Part shown: piece by piece, positions 20,602 to 28,436 of the stretch | How positions within the stretch are numbered: position 1 is the stretch's first letter | Layout: the number at the start of each line of letters is the position of its first letter | Origin: Thermoleophilia bacterium | GTDB lineage: Bacteria; Actinomycetota; Thermoleophilia; Miltoncostaeales; Miltoncostaeaceae | NCBI GenBank assembly: GCA_050249835.1 | Contig: JBFWPT010000003.1 | Location: forward strand, 91,878 to 155,877 | Length of the DNA: 64,000 bases | Direction: 5' to 3' | The notes under the pieces: model-generated | The model's database searches: none | The model's input: only the letters and a program-made list of their open reading frames with translations | What the model was told of the DNA's origin: nothing | Made by a program: the position numbers and the translations under genes

Positions 20602-21612
20602 ATGTCCGTAACCGCAGCCGATATCCCCGACAAGAGCTTTCTTCAGACGGTCGGGGACCGTCGGAGCATCCGGTACTACGACCCGGACAAGAAGGTCGAG
20701 GACTGGAAGATCCAGACGATGCTCCACGCGGGGCGTCTCGCCTCCTGCCAGGGGAACATCAACGCCACCGAGGCGATCGTCGTCGAGAAGGAGACCTGTG
20801 ATCTCTGGGACGAGATCGAGGAGTGCGTCTCCGGCTTCAACGTCCAGATCATCAACCAGAGCTCGCACCTGATCTTCTGGCTGACGAACCTGAACGCCTG
20901 GTACGGCCGCGCGAACGACGGCCTCTCGACGCTCGCCCTCTCCGGCGCGCTCACCAAGTACCACGGCTGGAACTACGAGTTCACGATGACGCAGACGGTC
21001 CCGCGTCTCATGAGCTTCCCGACGGAGCGCACCGAGAACCTCCTGCGCTTCGAGACCGGCCTCACGGTCTGCCAGGCGATGCTGACCGGCGTCGCGCTGG
21101 ACGTCGGCTCGATCCTCATCGCCTTCGGCCGCAAGCCGGGCGGGATCGAGAAGGCCTTCGGCCTTCCGCCGCACTACAAGCTCACCTGGGGCCACGCGGT
21201 CGGCTACCCGCTCGAGGACCCGAAGGGCGGCGGCCAGCGCCCCCGCCTCAAGTTCGAGAAGCTCTACTCCAAGGACGCGCACGGCACGCCGTACACGCCG
21301 GACGCCGACCTGGTGGAGGCGCTGAAGGGCAAGGGCCTCATCCAGGAGCAGGCCCCGACCTCCGGCCGCATGGACGAGATCGAGGCGCTCGCCGCCAAGT
21401 TCTCCCGTGAGCCGGGCGTCGTCTCGTGGCCGGAGAAGGAAGTCCGCCGTCTCATCAACGACGACGACTGGGACTTCGGCCCGAACATCAAGGCGCGCGC
21501 CGAGGAGGTCCTCGCGGCCGGCGGCCTGCCGGACTACCCCGAGGAGATGCGCGAGACGTTCACCAAGCTCATGGAGGAGCACGGGATCGACGCGAGCAAG
21601 TACCTGAGCTAG
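20602..21612 (+). CDS. nitroreductase-superfamily protein with ~100-aa C-terminal extension
   Basis: ATG 20602 after GGGGGG; RRSIRYYDPDKKVEDWKIQTMLHAG nitroreductase N-motif; K/E/I/N/W-rich composition unlike neighbours. Confidence 0.85.
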   Translation: MSVTAADIPDKSFLQTVGDRRSIRYYDPDKKVEDWKIQTMLHAGRLASCQGNINATEAIVVEKETCDLWDEIEECVSGFNVQIINQSSHLIFWLTNLNAWYGRANDGLSTLALSGALTKYHGWNYEFTMTQTVPRLMSFPTERTENLLRFETGLTVCQAMLTGVALDVGSILIAFGRKPGGIEKAFGLPPHYKLTWGHAVGYPLEDPKGGGQRPRLKFEKLYSKDAHGTPYTPDADLVEALKGKGLIQEQAPTSGRMDEIEALAAKFSREPGVVSWPEKEVRRLINDDDWDFGPNIKARAEEVLAAGGLPDYPEEMRETFTKLMEEHGIDASKYLS

Positions 21613-21636
21613 CACCACCTGGTACGAGCGTCACCT

Positions 21637-21670
21637 CGCGGCCCCCGCCTCCTCCGAGGCGGGGGCCGCG
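21637..21670 (+). terminator. intrinsic terminator-like hairpin (15-bp GC stem, 4-nt loop)
   Basis: CGCGGCCCCCGCCTC-CTCC-GAGGCGGGGGCCGCG, 25 nt after the stop of 20602..21612; no U-tract, which I believe is common in high-GC actinobacteria. Confidence 0.55.
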
Positions 21671-21728
21671 GTCGTTGGTGGGCCCTCCCGGCTCCGTCCG
21701 GGTCGCCGAGCCGCTACGGTCACCCCGG

Positions 21729-21802
21729 GCGCCCGTAGCTCAGCTGGATAGAGCGACGGCCTTCTAAGCCGTTGGTCGCAGGTTCGAATCCTGCCGGGCG
21801 CG
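21729..21802 (+). tRNA. tRNA-Arg (anticodon UCU)
   Basis: Hand-folded cloverleaf: acceptor GCGCCCG/CGGGCGC, D arm GCUC-AGCUGGAUA-GAGC, anticodon arm ACGGC-CUUCUAA-GCCGU, T arm GCAGG-UUCGAAU-CCUGC, discriminator G; CCA not encoded. Confidence 0.96.
21757..21802 (+). repeat. attL core: 46-bp identity segment inside the intact tRNA-Arg
   Basis: CGGCCTTCTAAGCCGTTGGTCGCAGGTTCGAATCCTGCCGGGCGCG, identical to 36287-36332. Confidence 0.85.
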
Positions 21803-21890
21803 CCTAGAAAACCCCTGCTAGTGCGGCACTTCTACCCGTCCGGAGCGGGGTTGCGTTTCCGTAAGCCTGTGCGTCTGAGGGCGTCGGAAT

Positions 21891-21944
21891 ACGGTGGGGG
21901 GACGACCAAGACGGTGGGGGAGACGGTGGGGGGCCCCACCCCGT
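21891..21944 (+). repeat. direct repeats ACGGTGGGGG(G) x3 plus an inverted partial copy (candidate arm-type Int sites)
   Basis: Copies at 21891, 21911 and 21923 (last two tandem, 12-bp period); CCCCACCCCGT at 21934-21944; 89-142 bp from the att core. Confidence 0.55.
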
Positions 21945-22009
21945 TGGTCGCCCCGACGCCGATCGGGGAAGGCAGGCGATTCAGGACCGGTAGCGAACAG
22001 AACGCCACG

Positions 22010-22570
22010 ATGGCGGCGACGGAGACCCTCCAGGATTGGGCGCCGGTCGTCGTTGCAGCGGTCGGCGGATTGAGCCTCATCGTGGCCGTGGCGACTCTCG
22101 CGAGGCTGCGTAAGCGCGCCTACGAAGACCGCACCTACGAATACTTCCGGCGGTACGTTGACTGGCAGTTCGCCATCCGACTGTCAGCAGCAGCCGGCCA
22201 CGCTGCGTGGGGGAACGCCAAGGCACTCACGCGCGTTGAGAAGGACGAGGTGATGCTGGCCGCCAACTACTTCGACGAGATGGCTGCCCACTACGTTCGC
22301 GGTCGACTCGACGAAGACCTCGTCCAAGAGCACTTCCGCGAACTGTCTGAAGGCTACTTCCAGCTCTTCGAGTGGTTCCTCCGCGACACCCAGAAGCGCG
22401 TGCCTTCGGCGTTTCGGGAATGGAAGGAGATGAACCGTCGGTTAAAGGCAGCCTGGCGCCCCGCCGATGGTTGGGAGAACCTCTTCGTCCGTACCCTCGA
22501 CGCGGGCACACGGACGCGACTAGTGTCAACCTCCATCGAAGACGCTTCGAGTGCAGGAGGATCCACTTGA
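22010..22570 (+). CDS. single-TM hypothetical protein (DUF4760-like, from memory)
   Basis: ATG 22010; N-terminal TM WAPVVVAAVGGLSLIVAVATLA then helical domain ...LAANYFDEMAAHYVRGRLDEDLVQEHF...; hand-counted line ~62% GC. Confidence 0.7.
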   Translation: MAATETLQDWAPVVVAAVGGLSLIVAVATLARLRKRAYEDRTYEYFRRYVDWQFAIRLSAAAGHAAWGNAKALTRVEKDEVMLAANYFDEMAAHYVRGRLDEDLVQEHFRELSEGYFQLFEWFLRDTQKRVPSAFREWKEMNRRLKAAWRPADGWENLFVRTLDAGTRTRLVSTSIEDASSAGGST

Positions 22571-22716
22571 CGACGGACGCTCTACTCGGTCCAGGCCCAT
22601 ACGGACCGTTTCCGGGCAAGGGCGGAGGCGGGAGGTAGCTCGGGCCGCGGCGCCCCACGCCGCGGACCACTGATGTCCTTGGCCTGCCTGCCGGCACCGC
22701 CGGGGGTGCGAACGAG

Positions 22717-23220
22717 TCAACCTTGCCTGAGCAGCTCCTCTAGACGCTCCAGGGCCGCTGACGCCGTGCGGTGGTCAGCCTTGGCTTCCTCGCGCTGCGA
22801 ACGGCGATCGTCGAAGTCGTTCGCCAAGTAGTCCCGGACGATCCACCCGGCTGACATGAGGGCGTTCCCGACGGCGACGCTTGCATCCCTGAACGCCGTC
22901 CGGACCTCTGCGGAGGGGTGCATCGTCGCGACGGTCAGTGCCTCGGTGTGGATCGTCTGCCAACGGCTCCAGCGATCCTCGTGGGCCTCACCTGAGCGGG
23001 GTCCGAGGTTCATGGAGACCCGGTCCGGGTTTCCTTCCTGGAGCAGCTTCCAGAGGGGGCCGATGACGGCAGCCGACCGCTCCATGAGCCGTTCCCGGCG
23101 TTCGAGGCGGCTCTGTTCCCGCTGGTGGCGGGTCAAGAGGTAGACGCCCCCCAGGGACGCGACTGCTGTGAGCAGCGCGGCGCCGAGCGCGACGGTCACC
23201 GTGGCCCATGCGGGGAGCAC
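22717..23220 (-). CDS. single-TM hypothetical protein
   Basis: 167 aa; N-terminal TM ATVTVALGAALLTAVASLGGVYLL followed by charged helical region; convergent with 22010..22570. Confidence 0.7.
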   Translation of the reverse strand: MLPAWATVTVALGAALLTAVASLGGVYLLTRHQREQSRLERRERLMERSAAVIGPLWKLLQEGNPDRVSMNLGPRSGEAHEDRWSRWQTIHTEALTVATMHPSAEVRTAFRDASVAVGNALMSAGWIVRDYLANDFDDRRSQREEAKADHRTASAALERLEELLRQG

Positions 23221-23247
23221 GTGGGCAGACTAGACCGGGAGGCGGAC

Positions 23248-23532
23248 CTACCAGTCCCTGCTCCTGGGACTCTCCCTCGCGAGCGGATACGAGACCGGCT
23301 CGCCGCGGCGGCCGGCGGTCGCCCGGTTGCAGGCGCGGTGCTCCGGCCCGCTGTAACGGGTGCGGTCGTGGTCGTCGTGGCCGAGGTCCCACGGCTCACC
23401 AGGCTCGATCGGCAGGCCGCAGCGGGCGCAGCAGACGCGGCCGGTGGCGACCGACACCGCCCACCTCGCCCGGACCTGCTGGTGCACCCAGCCGTAGCCG
23501 CGGGCGGTGGTCGACTCTCTGGCGGGGGTCAA
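23248..23532 (-). CDS. HNH endonuclease
   Basis: GYGWVHQQVRARW ... CARCGLPIEPGEPWDLGHDDHDRTRYSGPEHRACN: HNH/zinc-finger motif of actinophage-type HNH proteins; TTG start overlaps upstream TGA (TTGA). Confidence 0.85.
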   Translation of the reverse strand: MTPARESTTARGYGWVHQQVRARWAVSVATGRVCCARCGLPIEPGEPWDLGHDDHDRTRYSGPEHRACNRATAGRRGEPVSYPLARESPRSRDW

Positions 23533-23936
23533 CGGGTGACCCCGTGGGCGAGGGGGCGCCGGGTGGGAGTGGCCGATGGTGGCCGGTGGGCGCCCCGGCG
23601 CCCCGCCCCTTCGCCCACCGCTACGACGGCGTCGTCCTTCACGCCGCGGGTGACGTTGACGGCCCAGGAATGGTCCCGGAAGTGCCGGCGGATCTCGCCG
23701 AGGATGGTCGGGGCCGCGAAGGACCGGAAGTCCCCCCGGGCGGGATCGAACCGGTCGGCGGCCTTGATGAGGCCGATCATCCCCGCCTGGACGACGTCGT
23801 CCATCGGCTCACCGGCCGCCACATAGCGGCGGGCGAGGCCCTCGACGAGGCCCATGTTCTGCACGATCAACTCGTCGCGCGTGCCGCGGCCGAGGCCCGG
23901 GGGCCTCTCCGCGCGCGCCGTCGTTGCCAGGGCCAT
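23529..23936 (-). CDS. sigma-70 family fragment (region 2 only; regions 3-4 missing)
   Basis: DELIVQNMGLVEGLARRYV ... DDVVQAGMIGLIKAADRFDPARGDFRSFAAPTILGEIRRHFRDHSWAV; ends ~40 aa later with no region 3.x/4 HTH; upstream part of track ORF is shadow. Confidence 0.7.
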   Translation of the reverse strand: MALATTARAERPPGLGRGTRDELIVQNMGLVEGLARRYVAAGEPMDDVVQAGMIGLIKAADRFDPARGDFRSFAAPTILGEIRRHFRDHSWAVNVTRGVKDDAVVAVGEGAGRRGAHRPPSATPTRRPLAHGVTR

Positions 23937-24040
23937 CGCCCGACCTCCGTCCGTCATGTCATGGGGCACGACTGCGGCTGACGGGGACTGGGGCAGCGAC
24001 AGGTGTCCCACTAACTGCCCGCCGCGGTGCGATCGGGAAC

Positions 24041-24592
24041 ATGTGTACCCCCGCCCCTGCGGTTTCGCGGGCGGGAGGCCGGGTACCGCTGGCCGACGTG
24101 TCCACCTCCGACCAGCCTCGCCTGCTGCGGGCATACCTGGCCGACCACCTGCAGCTCCTCCGCTCGGCGCGTGAGCTCGCGGCCCGGGTGCGGCGGCGTG
24201 AGCGGGGTGCCGCGGGGGTCGCGCTGCTCGACGACGTCCTCGCCGAGCTGAGCCGCAACGAGGCCGTCGCCATCGCCTTCCTGCGCCAGCTCGGAGCGGG
24301 GCCTCCCGGACTGCGCCTCGCGCTGGGAACCGCGGCCGAACGGGTGGGCCGGCTGAAGCCGAACGGCCGTCTGTTCCGCCCGTCGCCGCTCGCGCTGGTC
24401 TTCGAGGTGGAGGTCCTGGAATCGCTCCTGGAGATGTCGGCGCGCTGCTGGCGGGCCGTGGACCGCGCCGGCGTCGCCGCGCCCGAGGTGGTGGCCGCAC
24501 GCGCGGACGCGCTCGAGGGGCTGGTGCCACGTCTCGAGGCCTGGCGGCTGCAGGCGGCCGCCGACGCCCTCGGCGTCGGGGAGCCCACGTGA
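24041..24592 (+). CDS. hypothetical helical protein
   Basis: In-frame ATG 24041 (start uncertain); stop overlaps GTG of downstream DUF1990 gene (GTGA); no recognised family. Confidence 0.5.
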   Translation: MCTPAPAVSRAGGRVPLADVSTSDQPRLLRAYLADHLQLLRSARELAARVRRRERGAAGVALLDDVLAELSRNEAVAIAFLRQLGAGPPGLRLALGTAAERVGRLKPNGRLFRPSPLALVFEVEVLESLLEMSARCWRAVDRAGVAAPEVVAARADALEGLVPRLEAWRLQAAADALGVGEPT

Positions 24593-25947
24593 CCCGCGGT
24601 GCGAGCCCCGGAGGCCGCGCGGCCGACGTGTTCGCGCGCACGTGGGGCGCGCTCCGGTGGCCCGTCGGCATGGCGATCGCCGCCTACCGGGTCGCGCGGA
24701 GGGTCGATGTCGTGCGGACGTCGGAGACCCGGCCGGGCGTGGACCCCGGGGTCACGGACCGTCCGGTGCCCGGCCCCGCCTCCGACGTCCAGCCCCGCGC
24801 CGACGGCGCGGGGCCATCCATGCGCCGCCGGTACCGCCTCCGCGTCGAGGGCGCCCGGCTGACGCCGGAACGCCTCATCTCGACCCTCGCGCTCGATCCC
24901 AACCTCGCGTCGCCGTTCGAGGTGGCCCGCTTCGTGAAGACGGCGGGACGCCTGGGAGAGCTGGTCGAGGGCGACGAGTACCTCGTCTGGATGCCCGGGC
25001 CGTGGAACGGCCCGGTCCGGGTCGCGGGCCGTACGCCGACGTCGTTCCGTCTCGCGACCCTCCAGGGGCACATGGAGGCCGGCGAGATCGAGTTCTCGGC
25101 CCGACGCGAGGGCGAGGAGCTCGTGTTCGACATCGAGTCGTCCGCGCGCAGTGGCGACACGCCCTTCCGGCTGCTCTACGGCCCTCTCCGCCTCGGGCAG
25201 GAGTTCCAGCTGCACATGTGGGTGGAGTTCCTCCAGCGCTCCGCGCGCCTGGCGGGTGGCACGCCGGCAGGCCCCGCGGAGGTCACCACGATCCGGTACC
25301 CCGACGACCGCGGCGAGCCGTCGCGGAGGGCCTCGCGACGGACGATGCGGGCCCTGGACTCACTGCGCGCCCGGTCGCCCAACTACACGCCGGAGGACCT
25401 CGCGAAGCTCGACCGGGCGGTCGGGTGGCGGGTGGACGACCACCGCGTCGAGCTCCCGGCCGAGGAGCCCGGTCCGCCCACGGATCACGGGTCGTGGGCC
25501 GCGGCGGTCGAGATCGCACGCCGGTACGAGTTCGCCGACCCCCGCCTCATCCAGGCCGTGTACTACACGGGTGGTCCGCTCGACGGCCGCGACATGCTCC
25601 TGGAGGGCCGGTTCCTGGGCATGCGGTTCATGCTCGGGGTCCGCGTCGTCGCCTCGGTCGACGAGACCGGCTCGCTCGACGACCGCCCGGCGCGGCTGTG
25701 GGGCTGGAGCTACGGAACCCTCGAGGGCCATCTCGAGACGGGGCGCATGGACTACCTGGTGGTGAAGTTCCTCGACACGGGCGAGGTCGAGTTCCGGATC
25801 CACGCCGTGTCTCACGTCTCGCACATCCCGAACCCCTTCGTGCGGGCCGGGTTCCGCATCTTCGGCCGTCACCTCCAGCGCCGGTTCGCCCGGACGGCGA
25901 CCGCGCGCATGAAGCTCCTGGTCGAGGCGGAACTCGGGCCCGGCTGA
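24589..25947 (+). CDS. DUF1990-like protein, apparently two tandem domains
   Basis: Two similar halves: ...FRLATLQGHMEAGEIEFSARREGEELVFDIES... and ...WGWSYGTLEGHLETGRMDYLVVKFLDTGEVEFRIHAVS...; resembles DUF1990/UPF0548 (from memory). Confidence 0.75.
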   Translation: MTRGASPGGRAADVFARTWGALRWPVGMAIAAYRVARRVDVVRTSETRPGVDPGVTDRPVPGPASDVQPRADGAGPSMRRRYRLRVEGARLTPERLISTLALDPNLASPFEVARFVKTAGRLGELVEGDEYLVWMPGPWNGPVRVAGRTPTSFRLATLQGHMEAGEIEFSARREGEELVFDIESSARSGDTPFRLLYGPLRLGQEFQLHMWVEFLQRSARLAGGTPAGPAEVTTIRYPDDRGEPSRRASRRTMRALDSLRARSPNYTPEDLAKLDRAVGWRVDDHRVELPAEEPGPPTDHGSWAAAVEIARRYEFADPRLIQAVYYTGGPLDGRDMLLEGRFLGMRFMLGVRVVASVDETGSLDDRPARLWGWSYGTLEGHLETGRMDYLVVKFLDTGEVEFRIHAVSHVSHIPNPFVRAGFRIFGRHLQRRFARTATARMKLLVEAELGPG

Positions 25948-26049
25948 GCGCGGCGGTTCGACCGCGGCTCGCGTTTCGCAGCGTTCCGACCGGGTACCGC
26001 CCCGGCTCGCGGACACGATCCCGGCCCAGCCGGAGGAGGACGTCGAGCA

Positions 26050-27099
26050 ATGGGAGTGATCGAATCGGTACGGGGCGTGCTGTGGGCGCGCCGAAACCAG
26101 CCGGACGACGTCGCCTACGTCCTCGGGGCCTCACACGAGCGGTTCGCCCCCGCGGACCTCGTGCGTCACGCGGTCCTCGCCGAGGAGGCCGGGTTCGACG
26201 GGATCGCTGCCTCTGATCACCTCACCCCGTGGTGGGAGCCCGGCGAGCCGTCGCCCGCCTACTGCGGTAACGCCTGGGTCTGGCTCGGCGCGGCCGGCCA
26301 GGCGACCCGGTCGATCTCGATCGGCACGGGCGTCACGGGGCTGGTCTGGCGCTACAACCCCGTCGTCGTGGCGCAGCAGCTCGCGACCCTCGAGAGCCTG
26401 TTCCCGGGGCGGGCGTATCTCGGCGCCGGGTCGAGCGAGGCGATGAACGAGGTGCCCGCGGGGATGTCCTGGCCGGACACCGCCGAGCAGCTCGCCCGCA
26501 CGACCGAGTCGCTCGAGATCATCACTCGCCTGCTCGACGGCGAGACCGTCACTTACACCGGCGAGTTCTTCCGCACGCGTCGCGCGCGGCTCTACCTGAC
26601 GCCTCCGCGCCGCCCGCCGGTCTACCTGTCGGCCTTCCACGAGGACATGGCCGAGGTCGCCGGCAGGCTCTGCGACGGCATCTGGACGCTCGCAGATCCG
26701 ACAAGCGCCGGACCGGTGCTCGCGGCGTACCGGCGCGGCTGCGAGGACGCGGGGCGGGAGCCCGGCGAGGTCATCCTCCAGAGCCTCGCGTCCGTCGCCG
26801 GGACCGACGACGAGGCCCTCGAGACCAGCCGCGAGTGGAAGGCCACGCTGCCCGGGGAGCTCTACACCGACGACATCCACGAGCCGCGGGACATCCAGGC
26901 GAAGGCGGACGACGTCTCCGACCGGACCTTCACGACGGCGAACCTCATCTCCGCCGACCCCGACAGCCACGTCCGGAAGCTCAAGCTGATGCGCGAGCTC
27001 GGCGCGACCGCCATCGTCATCGTCAACGCCTCGGGGGCCTCCCCGGAGGCCATGATCGGTCTGTACGGGTCCGAGGTGCTCCCGCGCATGCGTGACTGA
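26050..27099 (+). CDS. LLM-class (luciferase-like) F420-dependent oxidoreductase, G6PDH-family-like
   Basis: EEAGFDGIAASDHLTPWW ... GTGVTGLVWRYNPVVVAQQLATLESLFPGRAYLGAGSSEAMNE, typical of the F420-dependent LLM G6P-dehydrogenase family. Confidence 0.88.
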   Translation: MGVIESVRGVLWARRNQPDDVAYVLGASHERFAPADLVRHAVLAEEAGFDGIAASDHLTPWWEPGEPSPAYCGNAWVWLGAAGQATRSISIGTGVTGLVWRYNPVVVAQQLATLESLFPGRAYLGAGSSEAMNEVPAGMSWPDTAEQLARTTESLEIITRLLDGETVTYTGEFFRTRRARLYLTPPRRPPVYLSAFHEDMAEVAGRLCDGIWTLADPTSAGPVLAAYRRGCEDAGREPGEVILQSLASVAGTDDEALETSREWKATLPGELYTDDIHEPRDIQAKADDVSDRTFTTANLISADPDSHVRKLKLMRELGATAIVIVNASGASPEAMIGLYGSEVLPRMRD

Positions 27100-27159
27100 C
27101 CCCTCCCGCGCGGCCGGCCTGAGGTTTGGGCCGGCCGCGCGGGCGGCAGACGACGGATC

Positions 27160-28035
27160 GTGAGCACCGCGTCCCGGGCAGTCGCCGGCCCCGAGAGCTG
27201 GCGTCAGGAGGGTGCCGACCTCGTGCGGGGGGTCTCCGGCGGGCTGCTGTTCGGCGTGCCCCTGCTCTACACGATGGAGGTCTGGTGGTACGGGTCGTGG
27301 GTGGATCCCCGCTGGGTGCTGGGGGCGCTGGCGATCTCGTTCGTCGTGGTCCTCGCGCTCAACCGCAGCTCCGGCTTCCGCGACACGCGCATCACCCACT
27401 GGCGCGAGGCGGCGGCCGACGGGGTGGAGATGGTCGCCATCAGCCTCGTGTGCGCCGGGGCGGTGCTCGTCCTGCTGCGGCAGATCACGCTCGACTCGTC
27501 GCTCGAGGAGGCCGTCGGCGTCACCGTCTTCGAGGCGATCCCGTTCGCGTTCGGCGCCGCCCTCTCGCGGCAGCTGCTCAAGCACGTCGAGGGGGACGAT
27601 GGGGAACGGGATGCGGCGGCCCATGACCCGCAGGCGATCGGCCGGACGCTCGCCGACGTCGGTGCGGCCGCGGTCGGCGCCCTCGTGCTCGCCTTCAGCA
27701 TCGCGCCCACGGATGAGATCCCGATGGTCGCGCAGGCGGTCACCCCGCCGTGGCTGCTGCTCATCGTCGCCGCGTCGCTCGTGATCTCGTACGCGATCGT
27801 CTTCGCCGCGGACTTCCTGGACCAGGACGCCCGGCGCCGGCACGAGGGCCCGTTCCAGCGCCCGGTCCCGGAGACCGTCGGCGCCTACATCATCAGCCTC
27901 ACCGTCTCAGCAGCCATCCTGGCCTTCTTCCAGCGGATCGGCCCCGACCAGTCGTGGGAGACCTGGCTCACCTACACGGTCGTGCTCGGGCTGCCCGCCA
28001 CGATCGGTGGGGCGGCGGGGAGGCTCGCCGTATGA
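27160..28035 (+). CDS. integral membrane protein (TIGR02587-like, from memory)
   Basis: 291 aa, about 6 TM; LLFGVPLLYTMEVWWYG motif; stop overlaps ATG of next gene (ATGA). Confidence 0.8.
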   Translation: MSTASRAVAGPESWRQEGADLVRGVSGGLLFGVPLLYTMEVWWYGSWVDPRWVLGALAISFVVVLALNRSSGFRDTRITHWREAAADGVEMVAISLVCAGAVLVLLRQITLDSSLEEAVGVTVFEAIPFAFGAALSRQLLKHVEGDDGERDAAAHDPQAIGRTLADVGAAAVGALVLAFSIAPTDEIPMVAQAVTPPWLLLIVAASLVISYAIVFAADFLDQDARRRHEGPFQRPVPETVGAYIISLTVSAAILAFFQRIGPDQSWETWLTYTVVLGLPATIGGAAGRLAV

Positions 28036-28436
28036 GCGGCAGAGATCGCGCCGAGCGCCCGCCGCGCACCACCGCCGAGTGGGTGACCCTCGGCGTGTCC
28101 ATCGTGCTCGTGGGCCTGGTGCTCGCGGTGATCGTCGTCGCGTGGGTGACCGGGTCGGAGGGCCCTCCCGACCTGGTCGTCGAGCGTGACGGCCCCGTCG
28201 TGGTGGAGGGCGGCAGGTGGCGCGTGCCGTTCGCGGTCCACAACGACGGCGACGAGGCGGCGGACCAGGTGCAGGTCGTCGCCGATCTCGTGATCGACGG
28301 CAGGGTCGAGGGGGAGGGCGAGCAGACGTTCCCGTTCATGTCCTCCGGCGACACGGAGCGCGGCGAGTTCCTGTTCGGCAAGGACCCCGCCGACGGCACG
28401 CTCACGCTCGAGGTCGCGAGCTGGTCGCAGCCCTAG
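28032..28436 (+). CDS. single-TM protein partner (TIGR02588-like, from memory)
   Basis: ATG 28032; TM WVTLGVSIVLVGLVLAVIVVAWV then beta-rich domain WRVPFAVHNDGDEAADQVQVVADL. Confidence 0.72.
   Translation: MSGRDRAERPPRTTAEWVTLGVSIVLVGLVLAVIVVAWVTGSEGPPDLVVERDGPVVVEGGRWRVPFAVHNDGDEAADQVQVVADLVIDGRVEGEGEQTFPFMSSGDTERGEFLFGKDPADGTLTLEVASWSQP

Noticed and set aside
20413-21618. Upstream 400 codons of the 521-aa minus ORF 20053..21618
   Set aside because: It is antisense to the nitroreductase-like gene and low-complexity. Only the last 119 codons (from MPKLLF) look like a protein.
21891-21944. G-rich short repeats considered as a mini CRISPR array or iterons
   Set aside because: There are only 3-4 copies of an 11-12-mer, two of them directly tandem with no spacers, and no cas genes. 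Their position relative to the att core fits arm-type recombinase sites better.
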